From IMG/VR virus record IMGVR_UViG_3300026097_000980, positions 32,001 through 96,000 of that record: a DNA stretch of 64,000 nt; one strand, given 5' to 3'. Position numbers and translations under genes: made by a program. Origin of the DNA: a virus. The notes below the pieces were generated by a model. It made no database searches and was not told the DNA's origin. It worked only from the letters and a program-made list of their open reading frames with translations. Shown in pieces: positions 17,390-28,425 of this stretch. Each line of letters opens with the position of its first letter. Within the stretch, counting starts at the first letter, position 1.

Positions 17390-19381
17390 ATGCAAAGATA
17401 CAAAAAAGAAATTGCCAGAGTAACATTAGTCGAACCCGAATCCGGCGACTACTTAGATCTTTACTTCAGGCTTTATGACATTTCTATCACAAACAAATGG
17501 ATTCATAATTTTAAACAACTAAAATCAGGACCGCATAGCTTCAGAGAAAAAAATGTATTTCTAAGGTCTTACAATCGTAGCCTATTGGATGATATTAACG
17601 AGTGTATAGAAAAAATTAATAACTTTTATGACAGACCTTTAGAATCTATAAACAATCTAACCGAAGAATCGTTAAACTATCTACACGAATGTTATGAAAT
17701 TTACGGTAAAAGACTAAATGAACATTTAGAAAAAAGATGGTGGGATAGCGCATACAAAAAGATTTCCGTAAACGACCCGGAAGCAATGGTCTGGCCTGGT
17801 AGATCATTTAACGAAGATATGCATTTTTCGTTTATCAAATTAAATGAACTCATTCATAAATCGGAATTTGCCGACGAAAGACGTTCTCCAGGAGCAATTG
17901 TTCTCGGCAGTTTCAATAAAAGAACAGACCATATTCTAGAAAGAGACGATTATTTAACAATAACTCCTTTTCTGAATTTCGGAGATTTCTGTCTTGGTTA
18001 CAATACTCTCGGAAAAAATCTTCAACACATAATATTAGATAATGACGAAGATGCTGTGGCCAGAAATGCAATTGTTCCGCAACAAACATGGTCCGATGAG
18101 TTTTATATCCATCTAAAGTCCGACGAAACAAAACCTGATCATCTAATAGGTTATAAAGAAATGTGGGACAATTTAAAAATCAAAGGATTCCAGTTCGGCA
18201 ACTTTATTGCTAATAAAGAAGGATATATCAAACTAGGGGAAATGATCCCTGAGCAAAGAGCGAAACTCTACAAAAACGATCACACTCTTATTGATTTTAA
18301 AAAATACACAGACCTACAAGATATAACATTGATTTCAACCGATGAATACAAAACAGGAGTTCGTTTCCCGGAGTTCAAGAAACCTTATAAGAAACAAGGA
18401 AAAGAGATCGTAGCTGTAGATACTGATAATGTTGTAATGATTACATGGATATTAAATAATATTTGCACCTACAGTTGTAGATATTGTCCTCCAAATTTAC
18501 ACAACGGAAAAAACTACAGATACGAGTGGGAAGATATAGAGCCATTTGTGTCCCATTTACTTAAATTTTATCGAGGAAAGAACATTGAATTTAATTTAAG
18601 TGGTGGCGAACCGACACTTAGTCCCTTTTTTCCTATGCTGGTTAAAAAAATTTACGATAGCGGAGCGTATGTAGGTATAACCACAAATCTCGCAAGAAGT
18701 ACTAGATTTATAAAAGATAATTTTAAATATTTGAAATTTGCGTGTTGTAGCTTCCATCCTTATTACGAATTTCAAGACGAAAAATATAAAGAGTTTTTAG
18801 AGAAAATTAAGGAATGTGCAAACCATTGCCATACAACAGTCCGGGTTATGATGGACCCGTTACACTGGGATCAAACAGTGGAATTTGTAGAAACTCTAAA
18901 AAAATTAAAGTGCTGTAAAGTAGAAGTAGTATATATTGATAATCAGTACGGCAGTACACACAAACAGCTGATTGACATAAGTTATACGCCAGCCCAAATA
19001 GAATATATCAAAAACTTCGAACCTTTTCAAAAATTTGATGCAAAATGGAGTAAATCTGAATTATGGTCGCCAATGCCTACGAAAGGTGATGTAATTTTTT
19101 CCGACGGTTCTAGAGAAGAGTTGGGAACTGCACAAAAATATATTAATAACGGTCAGGCAAACTTTTTCAATTACTCGTGCGATATAGGTAAGAATAGTTT
19201 GTTTATTGGCCCAAATGGTGAGGTCAGAAAAGGAAATTGTTTGGTCGGAGGAAAAATTGGAACTGTTGAGAATTGGAGAGGAATAGACTGGAACGATCTC
19301 AAGCAATCAATAATTTGTAATTCATTGTGCTGCCATTGCGGCGCAGATGTTGTAATCTCCAAAAGGAAACGCAATGCGTAA
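17390..19381 (+). CDS. Radical SAM protein fused to a ~340-aa unknown N-terminal domain
   Basis: CTYSCRYC, SGGEPT, Cys-rich C-terminus. Confidence 0.9.
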   Translation: MQRYKKEIARVTLVEPESGDYLDLYFRLYDISITNKWIHNFKQLKSGPHSFREKNVFLRSYNRSLLDDINECIEKINNFYDRPLESINNLTEESLNYLHECYEIYGKRLNEHLEKRWWDSAYKKISVNDPEAMVWPGRSFNEDMHFSFIKLNELIHKSEFADERRSPGAIVLGSFNKRTDHILERDDYLTITPFLNFGDFCLGYNTLGKNLQHIILDNDEDAVARNAIVPQQTWSDEFYIHLKSDETKPDHLIGYKEMWDNLKIKGFQFGNFIANKEGYIKLGEMIPEQRAKLYKNDHTLIDFKKYTDLQDITLISTDEYKTGVRFPEFKKPYKKQGKEIVAVDTDNVVMITWILNNICTYSCRYCPPNLHNGKNYRYEWEDIEPFVSHLLKFYRGKNIEFNLSGGEPTLSPFFPMLVKKIYDSGAYVGITTNLARSTRFIKDNFKYLKFACCSFHPYYEFQDEKYKEFLEKIKECANHCHTTVRVMMDPLHWDQTVEFVETLKKLKCCKVEVVYIDNQYGSTHKQLIDISYTPAQIEYIKNFEPFQKFDAKWSKSELWSPMPTKGDVIFSDGSREELGTAQKYINNGQANFFNYSCDIGKNSLFIGPNGEVRKGNCLVGGKIGTVENWRGIDWNDLKQSIICNSLCCHCGADVVISKRKRNA

Positions 19382-20078
19382 AATTTTAAATTTTGGTTGT
19401 AGTCATACCAACGGTGCAGAGATTGACGAACCGTGGTCGGGAGAAAGACCCGATCTAGCTTATGGCGCTGTTCTTTCAAAGATGATAGATTACAAAGTCG
19501 AGCAGATATGCGGGAATGGTTGGAGTAACCAATGGATAATTAAAAATGCGTTCAATGCGTGTTTAGAATACATTGATAATAAAGATAAGCCGTTTATTCT
19601 CGTCGGATGGACATCAGTTGAACGAATGCCGTTGCAGTTTGCTGGTCAAGGCACAGTTTATCATGCAACAACAAATTTACCCCCAGAACCTAAATATTAT
19701 CCTGTTAGGAATTATGAAAGAATACACAGTACACTTTGGGGTTCTTCTGTTAACAAACCTGAAATGACTGAAATGCGATTATCTAATATATTAGGGTTCC
19801 AATCTTGGTTGAAAGAACATAATTTTCCATTTTTATTTTTCTGGGCCGTTAATAGTGCTGATACTAAAGTGCTAGAAAAATATAGCATGTGTTTTGATCC
19901 TTGTAGATTTTATGAACCAATTCAACACGATGAGTCTTACTGGAGATACTATCTTAATAATTACTATGATAAGTCTAAAAGATGGGCAAAACATGCACCT
20001 GCGGAGTTCCATAGGCACTGGGCACATAAGCTTTATACGTATATTTGCAAACACAAGTTGCTGGATCTAAATGTTTAG
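19374..20078 (+). CDS. SGNH-like hydrolase
   Basis: FGCSHTNG, GWSN, HAPAEFH. Confidence 0.7.
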   Translation: MRKILNFGCSHTNGAEIDEPWSGERPDLAYGAVLSKMIDYKVEQICGNGWSNQWIIKNAFNACLEYIDNKDKPFILVGWTSVERMPLQFAGQGTVYHATTNLPPEPKYYPVRNYERIHSTLWGSSVNKPEMTEMRLSNILGFQSWLKEHNFPFLFFWAVNSADTKVLEKYSMCFDPCRFYEPIQHDESYWRYYLNNYYDKSKRWAKHAPAEFHRHWAHKLYTYICKHKLLDLNV

Positions 20079-21567
20079 CATATCGAAAGGAACATTAAAT
20101 TTAGATCATCCTGCTTGTAAAAGCCAGATTGATTTCTTTGCGGGACAAAATTTTAACAAAGTGAATATTGATAACTTTTGTTCAGGCCACTACGATCATA
20201 GAATTGCCAAGCACTTTTATTTTTCAGTCCACCCGGCAGATCTCCCAATTACAGTTCTTGTATACGGAGAACAAATCCTAAATATACATCCCGGAACTTC
20301 TAGGGTGCTTGCATATTATCTATCTGATAAGAAAAAAATTCCTGCAATATTTTTACAGGTTGGTAGCATGAAAGAATTAGAATTTGCAGAAAATGTTCAA
20401 TCTATTACTGAAAAAAACGAACTTACCTTGGTCAATCAAAACGACAAGCCGAATAAACATTTTTGGCAAATAAATGTTATTGACCAAGAATACTATAAAA
20501 AGATCGAAAACGAAAAACAATTATCAAAAAAGTTTAAAGAGTTTTTTTATAGTTGTTTAGATCAAAACTCTGTAGATACTTTAAAAAAAGAATATCTAAA
20601 AAATAATCAGAAAAAATTCTGGAAACTGTGTTCACAAATTGCTAGAGAAAATTTTAACAAAAAGTTAGCAATTAAACCTCAAAGAACCGGAGCGTGGCAA
20701 TACAACAGTGATTTTCATTGGAATGTATTTTTTAAAAACTATGATGTTTTTTTGGTAGAGATGTTACCGAATGCAATGAGTGAATTCATAGCCCATCCTA
20801 ATGAGATAGAAAGTCAAAGTCGCTGGATTAAAAAATACAAAGATACTGAAAGAAAATTTCCTGAAATTTTTATAAACTACGAGCTAGACGAGTTTGTCAA
20901 AGATTACACAGAAATTTACGATTGTTTAAAATCGGAAAATCATAAAATAGCCGATTTGGTAGACAACAAGCTCTGGATGAACTGTAAAGGATATGAATAT
21001 ATAAAAACCATACAAAGTGTTTATAAACATGGTGGCATTAATTATAGTTCTAGCATACTAACAAACATCTGCGGAGAACGAAACTTTAAGTATCATCCTG
21101 GAAGGCATTTATCGTTTGCCAAGCGATTTATAGGACAACCGGATATTCATTTTCTAACAATTAAAAAGCAGGATCGCGAATGGTTAGATCAGTATGACAA
21201 AGTTAAAATTATAACCCAAATAGAAACCAAGAACCAAATTTTAGAAAACATGCCTAAAGAAATGACAGATGTCAGCACATGGCTTCAGGGAACTTTTCCT
21301 GTATATACGTGGCCGTTTGTGAACGGAGAAATTAAACTGCCTACTACTGAATGGGGAGATTTAAAAGATGACTGCGGCTATACTGTGATAACTAAATCTG
21401 GAAAAGAAGAAAATATGAAAGTGTTTACTGAATACGCAAAAATTTTAAAAAACACTGATTTACAGAATCTGTATAAAGGAAAAAAGAAAAACCATAAAAA
21501 GCTAAATGAAAGATATCTGGGGTTCCTGTTGAACAATCAAGAAGGTGACGAATTTGAAAAAGGTTAA
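20071..21567 (+). CDS. Hypothetical protein with two ParB/Srx-like motifs
   Basis: IHPGTSRVLA and YHPGRHLSFA. Confidence 0.6.
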   Translation: MFSISKGTLNLDHPACKSQIDFFAGQNFNKVNIDNFCSGHYDHRIAKHFYFSVHPADLPITVLVYGEQILNIHPGTSRVLAYYLSDKKKIPAIFLQVGSMKELEFAENVQSITEKNELTLVNQNDKPNKHFWQINVIDQEYYKKIENEKQLSKKFKEFFYSCLDQNSVDTLKKEYLKNNQKKFWKLCSQIARENFNKKLAIKPQRTGAWQYNSDFHWNVFFKNYDVFLVEMLPNAMSEFIAHPNEIESQSRWIKKYKDTERKFPEIFINYELDEFVKDYTEIYDCLKSENHKIADLVDNKLWMNCKGYEYIKTIQSVYKHGGINYSSSILTNICGERNFKYHPGRHLSFAKRFIGQPDIHFLTIKKQDREWLDQYDKVKIITQIETKNQILENMPKEMTDVSTWLQGTFPVYTWPFVNGEIKLPTTEWGDLKDDCGYTVITKSGKEENMKVFTEYAKILKNTDLQNLYKGKKKNHKKLNERYLGFLLNNQEGDEFEKG

Positions 21568-22519
21568 GTTTGAAAGGGTTAACTTAGAATTAGTCGGCGG
21601 CTGCAATTATACCTGCCAGATGTGTCCTCAAAGTACCGGCAGAGGAAAAGAGTGGACTAAAAAACTGCCTTTCGAATTATTCGAAAATATTTTAGATCAA
21701 TTAGACGGTAATCCATTAATTGGACTACACGGTTCAGGAGAACCTACATTGATTAAAGATCTTCCTAGATACGTTGAAATCTGTAAAAAAAGAAATTATA
21801 AAGTGTTCATTAATACCAACGGTTTTAAATTGCACGGAAAATTTATGGAAGACGTAATTAATGCAGGAATAGATTGGATAAGGTTTAGTGTTGTAGGATA
21901 TAATTCTGAGACTTATAAAGATTGGATGGCGGTAGACAACTTTAATAAAATTGTAGAAAACACCATAGAGACTTCCGAGTATATCAAAATAGTTAATTCG
22001 CACTGCAAACTTTTAAGTTATCATTTAATACTTGACTCTAACAACATAGATTATGAGATTGATCAATATAGAAAAAACTATATAGAGAAAACCGGTACAC
22101 ACGGGTACATATGGAAAATGCATAACTGGAGTGGTAATTACCAGCCGTTATATTTAAGAGATCCGGCAAAGCGTAAAACCTGCGGCAGACCGTGGGCACC
22201 TGATATCACAATCAGGGCCGGAGGCATAGATAAGTTACACGGTGCTGTTGTTCCTTGTTGTCAAACAATGGGTCCTCCTAACGAAGCAAAAAGTGTTCTC
22301 GGACACGTTGAAACTGAAACAATTGACGAAATATGGAACGGACAATTATATCAAGAACTGCGTGATGCACATTCCAAAGGTAATTTTGATTCAATTGACT
22401 ATTGTAAAGACTGCGATCTTTTATATCAAGAAGATGAAAGTTTAATATGGAGTAATGCACCGGGAGCTTTTGACGGCAAGTTAATAGGAACTGACGTAAA
22501 TCTAAAGGATTTTATATGA
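21545..22519 (+). CDS. Radical SAM/SPASM-twitch protein
   Basis: CNYTCQMC, GSGEPT, CGRPW, PCC, CKDC. Confidence 0.92.
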   Translation: MTNLKKVKFERVNLELVGGCNYTCQMCPQSTGRGKEWTKKLPFELFENILDQLDGNPLIGLHGSGEPTLIKDLPRYVEICKKRNYKVFINTNGFKLHGKFMEDVINAGIDWIRFSVVGYNSETYKDWMAVDNFNKIVENTIETSEYIKIVNSHCKLLSYHLILDSNNIDYEIDQYRKNYIEKTGTHGYIWKMHNWSGNYQPLYLRDPAKRKTCGRPWAPDITIRAGGIDKLHGAVVPCCQTMGPPNEAKSVLGHVETETIDEIWNGQLYQELRDAHSKGNFDSIDYCKDCDLLYQEDESLIWSNAPGAFDGKLIGTDVNLKDFI

Positions 22520-23517
22520 CAGATTTTTCAAAAATTCCTTTTGAAGATATAATCAAAGTCGGACAGAGAACATTGCTAGATCGTCCATTATTTACTGTTA
22601 GTTGGATTCTTGGTAGATTCTGCAACTACAATTGTAGTTACTGCTGGCCATATGCCAGAAGCTCAACTCCGGATCATTTCGATCTCGATGTTTATCTAAA
22701 AGGAATTGACGAAATTAAACGGCAAGCGAGAAAGAACGGATTCACTGAATTTCACTTTAGTTTTAGTGGAGGTGAGCCCACTGCATACAAACAGTTTAAT
22801 AAAGTGCTAAAACATTATTCTGAAGATGCAGACCCTGAATACCAAAGCTTGCACATGACCACAAACCTTTCTCCTGCAAAAAAATGGTGGGAGAAGTTTG
22901 TAACAGACACATATAAATTACAGAGAAAAAGTATAACAGCAAGTTTTCATGCCGAACATGCAGATGAAACAGAGTTCGGTGATAAATGTCTTATGCTTAT
23001 GGATGCAGGAGTATTTGTAACTATAAATCAAGTTATGGTTCCTGAACTGTTTGACGAATATTATGAAAGATGCCAACGGTTTTTTGCTAGAGGAATCAAT
23101 GTAACGTTAAAGCCTCAAAGCGATCCAACAGCAAGTTATATAGTAGGCGGATATACAGAATATCAGAGAAAGATACTGCAAGAAAATTTTCCGCAAAAAA
23201 TTCCATCGAAATATAAGAGTGATATACCTCTATTACAAATCGAGTTAGAAGATAAATTTTCTAATAAGTTTTACTTAGATCAAGCAGAACGATTTAACGC
23301 TTTTGATTTTAATAAATTCCAAGGTTGGTCTTGTAATTCTGGTTATCAAAGCTGTATAATTAGAAGTAATGAAGTAAAAAGAAGCTATTCATGTCACGAT
23401 GAATCGTTAGGAACACTGACAGACGGATTTGAGTTGTTTGCTAATTCAAAAGTTTGTATTACTCCGTCGTGTGTTAGCAGTGCAGATAGTAAAATACCTA
23501 AGGTTAAACATGTATAA
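22516..23517 (+). CDS. Radical SAM protein
   Basis: CNYNCSYC, SGGEPT, C-terminal Cys cluster. Confidence 0.92.
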   Translation: MTDFSKIPFEDIIKVGQRTLLDRPLFTVSWILGRFCNYNCSYCWPYARSSTPDHFDLDVYLKGIDEIKRQARKNGFTEFHFSFSGGEPTAYKQFNKVLKHYSEDADPEYQSLHMTTNLSPAKKWWEKFVTDTYKLQRKSITASFHAEHADETEFGDKCLMLMDAGVFVTINQVMVPELFDEYYERCQRFFARGINVTLKPQSDPTASYIVGGYTEYQRKILQENFPQKIPSKYKSDIPLLQIELEDKFSNKFYLDQAERFNAFDFNKFQGWSCNSGYQSCIIRSNEVKRSYSCHDESLGTLTDGFELFANSKVCITPSCVSSADSKIPKVKHV

Positions 23518-24499
23518 ACTAAATGAAATTAAAGAAATACATTTAGAAACAACATCTAAGTGTCAAGCAAGATGTCCTATGTGTCCTCGCCGTTTAAATG
23601 GAGGATCTATTAATCCATTAATAACGCTAGATGAAATTTATCTGGACGATTTTAAAAAATGGTTTCCGGTACATTTTCTTCAAAATTTAGACCGACTGTT
23701 TATGTGTGGAAATCTAGGTGATCCGGTTGTTGCTCAAGATACACTTGAAATTTTTCAATACTTAAGAGAGATTAATCCGGATATTCAATTGAGCATGCAT
23801 ACTAACGGAAGCGCAAGAACCAAAGACTGGTGGCACAAATTAGCACTTGCTGATGTTGAAGTAACCTTTGGCATCGACGGGCTAGAGGATACACACAGTC
23901 TTTACCGCATAAACACAGACTGGGCTACTATTATTAAGAATGCACAATCTTTCATTGATGCAGGCGGGAAAGCAAATTGGCACATGTTAGTGTTTAAACA
24001 TAACGAACATCAGATTGAAAACTGCAAGCAATTAAGTTTAGAGTATGGATTCAAATACTTTAGTATAAAACACACCAGTAGGTTTAAAGAAAATAAGTTG
24101 CACGTGATAGACGATGCTGGTAAAACTGCTTATAAAATTTATCCTACCCAAAAAAGTCTAGACATGATACCTAAGGTAACACAATTCTATACCGATCAAA
24201 GTCCGTGTATTAAGTGTAAGGCTAAACAACAAAAACAAATTTATGTTTCAGCAAACGGAAATATAGCTCCGTGTTGTTGGCTAGATATGCAATACAAATT
24301 ACATATACAAGATACCAGGATAGACTATATGGATAAAATAGAACAGTTTCCTAACCTTAGAGAAATGTCAATTGAAGATATATTTTCCTCTGATTATTTT
24401 AAAAGCATTGAAAAAACTTGGGCAGATGATCCGTTGTTAGAATGTTCAAAACAATGCGGTAGTTTCGATAAATTACAGGAGCAATTCGTTGAAAGTTGA
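23510..24499 (+). CDS. Radical SAM/SPASM-twitch protein
   Basis: CQARCPMC, GNLGDP, PCCW, CSKQC; start reassigned to MYKLN. Confidence 0.9.
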   Translation: MYKLNEIKEIHLETTSKCQARCPMCPRRLNGGSINPLITLDEIYLDDFKKWFPVHFLQNLDRLFMCGNLGDPVVAQDTLEIFQYLREINPDIQLSMHTNGSARTKDWWHKLALADVEVTFGIDGLEDTHSLYRINTDWATIIKNAQSFIDAGGKANWHMLVFKHNEHQIENCKQLSLEYGFKYFSIKHTSRFKENKLHVIDDAGKTAYKIYPTQKSLDMIPKVTQFYTDQSPCIKCKAKQQKQIYVSANGNIAPCCWLDMQYKLHIQDTRIDYMDKIEQFPNLREMSIEDIFSSDYFKSIEKTWADDPLLECSKQCGSFDKLQEQFVES

Positions 24500-25094
24500 T
24501 ATACAAGATGTTCTGTTTTGGATGGACGCTATTCGTAACAGCGATGATCGTTATCGCACACTTGAAAGTTTTTGGAAAGGGCAGGTTAATAGTAAAATTT
24601 GGCTGATTGAAAATCTGCAGAAATTTCAAGATCAGAAATGGGAACACATTGTTATTCACGGTGGCTGGAACGGTGTATTAGCCAGCCTTATTTTCAACAG
24701 CGGCATAGAAGTAGATAGAATAACCAGTGTTGATATAGACCCCGGCTGTGAAGAAACAGCATACACTATTAACAAGAGATACGAAATGACGGGCAGATTT
24801 CGTGCGGTAACCGCTGATATGTGCAAATACTCTGAACCTGCTGATGTTATCATTAACACCAGCTGTGAACATATTACTCAACCACAGTATTATGATTGGC
24901 TACACAACCAAAACGATGACAGTCTTTATGTTTTACAAAGTAATAACTATTTTGATTTGAATGAGCATATAAACTGTAGTGAAGATTTAGTACAGTTTGT
25001 TCAAAAGTCCAAACTTCGGGTTGTATTTTCAGATAGATTACAACTGCCTAAATACGACCGTTACATGATTATAGGAAAGAAAAATGACAGATAA
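24489..25094 (+). CDS. SAM-dependent methyltransferase-like protein
   Basis: IHGGWNG, SVDID, INTSCEH. Confidence 0.75.
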   Translation: MKVDIQDVLFWMDAIRNSDDRYRTLESFWKGQVNSKIWLIENLQKFQDQKWEHIVIHGGWNGVLASLIFNSGIEVDRITSVDIDPGCEETAYTINKRYEMTGRFRAVTADMCKYSEPADVIINTSCEHITQPQYYDWLHNQNDDSLYVLQSNNYFDLNEHINCSEDLVQFVQKSKLRVVFSDRLQLPKYDRYMIIGKKNDR

Positions 25095-26496
25095 ATTTTG
25101 GTATAACCCTAAGGACACTGAGTTAGGAAAATATCAAAGAGAAATAGAAAGTGTAGCCGGAACACCTTCATTTTGTATATTGCCGTGGATACATTTTGCA
25201 ACCCGTCCGAATGGTGATATGAGATTATGCTGTTCTGCAAATGCAAGTGGAGCAGGCAATGATCATGAAGTAGGACTTGTAAGAATGGAACATGGCCGCC
25301 CTGCTAACTTCGGGCGAGAAACTCCTATGGAAGCATGGAATAATGAATACATGCGCAGTGTGCGCACCACAATGCTTAACGGAGAAATACCTAACAGTTG
25401 CCGCAAATGTTTTGAAGAAGAAAAAGTGGGTGTTGTTAGCAAACGTATATGGGAAACTGGAACTTGGCACAGAGATGGGGTAGATATTCCAGAACTTATT
25501 AGACAAACAACCGAAGACGGCATCGTTCCTGAAGAACTGGTATATTTAGATCTACGACTAGGGCATACCTGCAATATTAAATGTGTTATGTGTTCACCTC
25601 ATGACAGTTCTCGCTGGGTTAAAGATTGGGAACAACTTATTCCAGTTTTACAAGTTGACAATGTAAAACAACAGATGCAGTGGGATCGATCCGAGTTTAA
25701 CAACAAGTGGCACGAGAAAGATACATTTTGGGAAGAAATGTATCGTCAAATACCAAATCTAAAACAGGTATATTTTGCCGGCGGTGAACCTCTAATGATC
25801 AAAGAACACAAAGAGTTCATTGAAGAAATAGTACGTCAGGGATATCAAGACAAGATTTTGTTAAGATATAACTCCAATGGACTATTAGTAGATGAAGATT
25901 TAATTAAGTTATGGAGCAAGTTTAAAAAGGTTAAGTTTGCAGTAAGTATGGATGCAGTTTATGAAAGAGATGAATATATACGCTATCCTACAGATTGGAA
26001 TACTGTTGAAAAAACTCTGAGATTGTTAGACGATACTCCGGATAATATACAAACAAGTTTAGCAACAGCAATACAAATATTCAATGTAAAACACCTACCT
26101 GACTTTATGAAGTGGAAGGTAGAAAGCGGATTTAAAAAACTTAATCTAGGTAACGTACCTGGCGGAGTACAAATGGGCGGCGGCTTAGTAAACATGCATT
26201 TATTGTACATTCCTACATTCTTAAGCATACAAATACTACCAAAAGAAGACAAGCAAGAAGTTCGAGAACTGTATATGGATTTTAAAGACTGGCTCTGGAA
26301 AAACTATAGACAGGATGACGATTTCTGGAAAGTCAATCCTTATGGATGGCGTAGATGGGAAGCAGTAATGAACCATATGGATGCAACTGACAATAGCGAT
26401 CAACTACCAGGATTTAAAGAATATGTGAATAAATTAGATGCTATCCGCGGACTGAATGCAAAATCAGTGTTTCCGGAAATTGCTCATCTTCTCTAA
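25084..26496 (+). CDS. Radical SAM protein with N-terminal twitch domain
   Basis: FCILPW, RLCC, CRKC, CNIKCVMC, AGGEPL. Confidence 0.92.
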   Translation: MTDKFWYNPKDTELGKYQREIESVAGTPSFCILPWIHFATRPNGDMRLCCSANASGAGNDHEVGLVRMEHGRPANFGRETPMEAWNNEYMRSVRTTMLNGEIPNSCRKCFEEEKVGVVSKRIWETGTWHRDGVDIPELIRQTTEDGIVPEELVYLDLRLGHTCNIKCVMCSPHDSSRWVKDWEQLIPVLQVDNVKQQMQWDRSEFNNKWHEKDTFWEEMYRQIPNLKQVYFAGGEPLMIKEHKEFIEEIVRQGYQDKILLRYNSNGLLVDEDLIKLWSKFKKVKFAVSMDAVYERDEYIRYPTDWNTVEKTLRLLDDTPDNIQTSLATAIQIFNVKHLPDFMKWKVESGFKKLNLGNVPGGVQMGGGLVNMHLLYIPTFLSIQILPKEDKQEVRELYMDFKDWLWKNYRQDDDFWKVNPYGWRRWEAVMNHMDATDNSDQLPGFKEYVNKLDAIRGLNAKSVFPEIAHLL

Positions 26497-27542
26497 ACAA
26501 GCGTTTGAAAAACTTCCCAATCTTTTGCCTTTGGCACACACATTCCGCAACCGCATCTATCATTAGGACAAACAATTGTTTTATCTTTGTGTTCATGTGC
26601 ATACTGTAAGATTGCGTCAGTGTCACTGAGATTTCCTATGGGGCCCCGACCTTCCGAGTGCAGTGCTTTACAAGTTTGGTGATGATAAACTTCGCCAGTC
26701 TGCTGATCTATATGTAAAAAGTAACGATTAACACTGCAAAACCACCCTTTGAAATGAGTATCGATATGGGTAATGTCTTGCCACTGGCCGTTTTTTATAC
26801 CTTTCATACACCTACCTCCACAGCAGGTTCGTCCTAATTCAGTGCCCTGCTTATCAGTTTCATTGGGCGCCGAGATTCCTAGGTAATTAAAATACCATAC
26901 TTGCTGTTCTGGAGAGTAATCATGGCTGGTTCTGCGAGGTGTACCGTCGGTGTCTAAAAACCATCCTTGTCTTGATATGTTACCGTCACCGATCGGTCGG
27001 GGCTGATGCTTTATACCTAGTTCTTTTAACTCGTTACATACCTCTACACATTCATCAAAATAATCAACATGCATCATTACGTTGACTTGTAACCAAATAC
27101 CTTTTTGATATAATAGTCTTATATTTTCCAAAACCTGTTTCTTCAGTTTATCATCTGCTTCGGCATGATAACTCACAGTTACGCCTTCAAATATTTCTGC
27201 AATTCTTTCTGTGTTCTTCGGATGCCACGCTCCGTTAGTAGTTAAACTTAACCTAAACCTGTCTTCGTTATTCTTAATGTATTCAGCAAAATCCCAAAAC
27301 GCAGGATTAACGGTGGGCTCACCTCCAGTAAAATTAATATTCACTAAATGACTATATATCTTAGTGTATTCTTTTACGAACTCAAATGTTTTCATTAGTG
27401 TTTCGTAAGGCTGTGGCTTACTATAATTATCGTGTCTTGTCGCTTCGCAGTATGAGCAATCATAATTACAACGTCTTCCCGTGTCCCAGGTAACCATAAT
27501 TCTTTCTGGATTAGTCAAATCAACCGCATCTATCTTAATCAT
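26493..27542 (-). CDS. Radical SAM protein
   Basis: CNYDCSYC, TGGEPT, CPNDRCGCGMC; start reassigned. Confidence 0.92.
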   Translation of the reverse strand: MIKIDAVDLTNPERIMVTWDTGRRCNYDCSYCEATRHDNYSKPQPYETLMKTFEFVKEYTKIYSHLVNINFTGGEPTVNPAFWDFAEYIKNNEDRFRLSLTTNGAWHPKNTERIAEIFEGVTVSYHAEADDKLKKQVLENIRLLYQKGIWLQVNVMMHVDYFDECVEVCNELKELGIKHQPRPIGDGNISRQGWFLDTDGTPRRTSHDYSPEQQVWYFNYLGISAPNETDKQGTELGRTCCGGRCMKGIKNGQWQDITHIDTHFKGWFCSVNRYFLHIDQQTGEVYHHQTCKALHSEGRGPIGNLSDTDAILQYAHEHKDKTIVCPNDRCGCGMCVPKAKDWEVFQTLV

Positions 27543-28425
27543 GGGTTTCCTTTGAAAGTGGAATATCGGCCGCACATGTGCACCAATTTCTAGTGCAAAC
27601 TATCCATTCTCTAGGTGGCTCAAAACTGCCGTTATAAATATTTCCCAAGCTACCGCCCACTCTGCAAGTAGCGCGATGTACTTCGCCATCCCAGTTAATC
27701 ATCAAGCTTTCAATACCAGCAGAGCACTTCCACCCATTAAATCGATTTAGATGATTTTTAATTATATCGTTGGCATGATAAGTTTTACCCGTATCGTCTA
27801 CACAGTTAGGACGAACTGTAGAGTTTGTAGAAAGTATCCACTCTAAATCATTGCCTTCGTATCTTAAGTCGTCAAACGTGTCGTGATCGCCTTGTGTCCA
27901 CCGTATTCTTCTAACAGCCACGGGTATGTTTTCTTCGTCAAGTTCTTCGTATGCTCGTTTAACAAGATCCATGTGTTCATGATGAGCCATTAAATTAACC
28001 TGAATAGGTTTACCGAACCATTTGCCTACCATGATAATGTTTTGTAAAGAACGTCTCCAGAGATTGTTATCGAAGTGTAAACTGAATACATAATGATTAA
28101 CAGGTTGTTCGCAATACCATCTGCCATCACGAGTTCCGTTTGTTGTTATGTTTATCCAGTCAACTCTTTGATTTAAGTGATCTAACAGTTCTTCGATATT
28201 AGGGTGAACACAAGGCTCTCCACCAGTAAGGCTAACGCGAATAGGTTTGTCTAATTCACAGAGCGCATCAACGGCATCGGTCAACAATTTAATATTTGTG
28301 TGAGGAGAAACATTGTCGTGAATTTCCGAAGGACAGTATGCACAGTCTAAGTTACAACGTTTTCCAATATTCCATTCTACTTTGATAGAATTTTGATGAT
28401 CATAGATACTGGTAAGGCTACGCAT
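27535..28425 (-). CDS. Radical SAM protein
   Basis: CNLDCAYC, TGGEP, CTRNWCTCAAD. Confidence 0.92.
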   Translation of the reverse strand: MRSLTSIYDHQNSIKVEWNIGKRCNLDCAYCPSEIHDNVSPHTNIKLLTDAVDALCELDKPIRVSLTGGEPCVHPNIEELLDHLNQRVDWINITTNGTRDGRWYCEQPVNHYVFSLHFDNNLWRRSLQNIIMVGKWFGKPIQVNLMAHHEHMDLVKRAYEELDEENIPVAVRRIRWTQGDHDTFDDLRYEGNDLEWILSTNSTVRPNCVDDTGKTYHANDIIKNHLNRFNGWKCSAGIESLMINWDGEVHRATCRVGGSLGNIYNGSFEPPREWIVCTRNWCTCAADIPLSKETHD

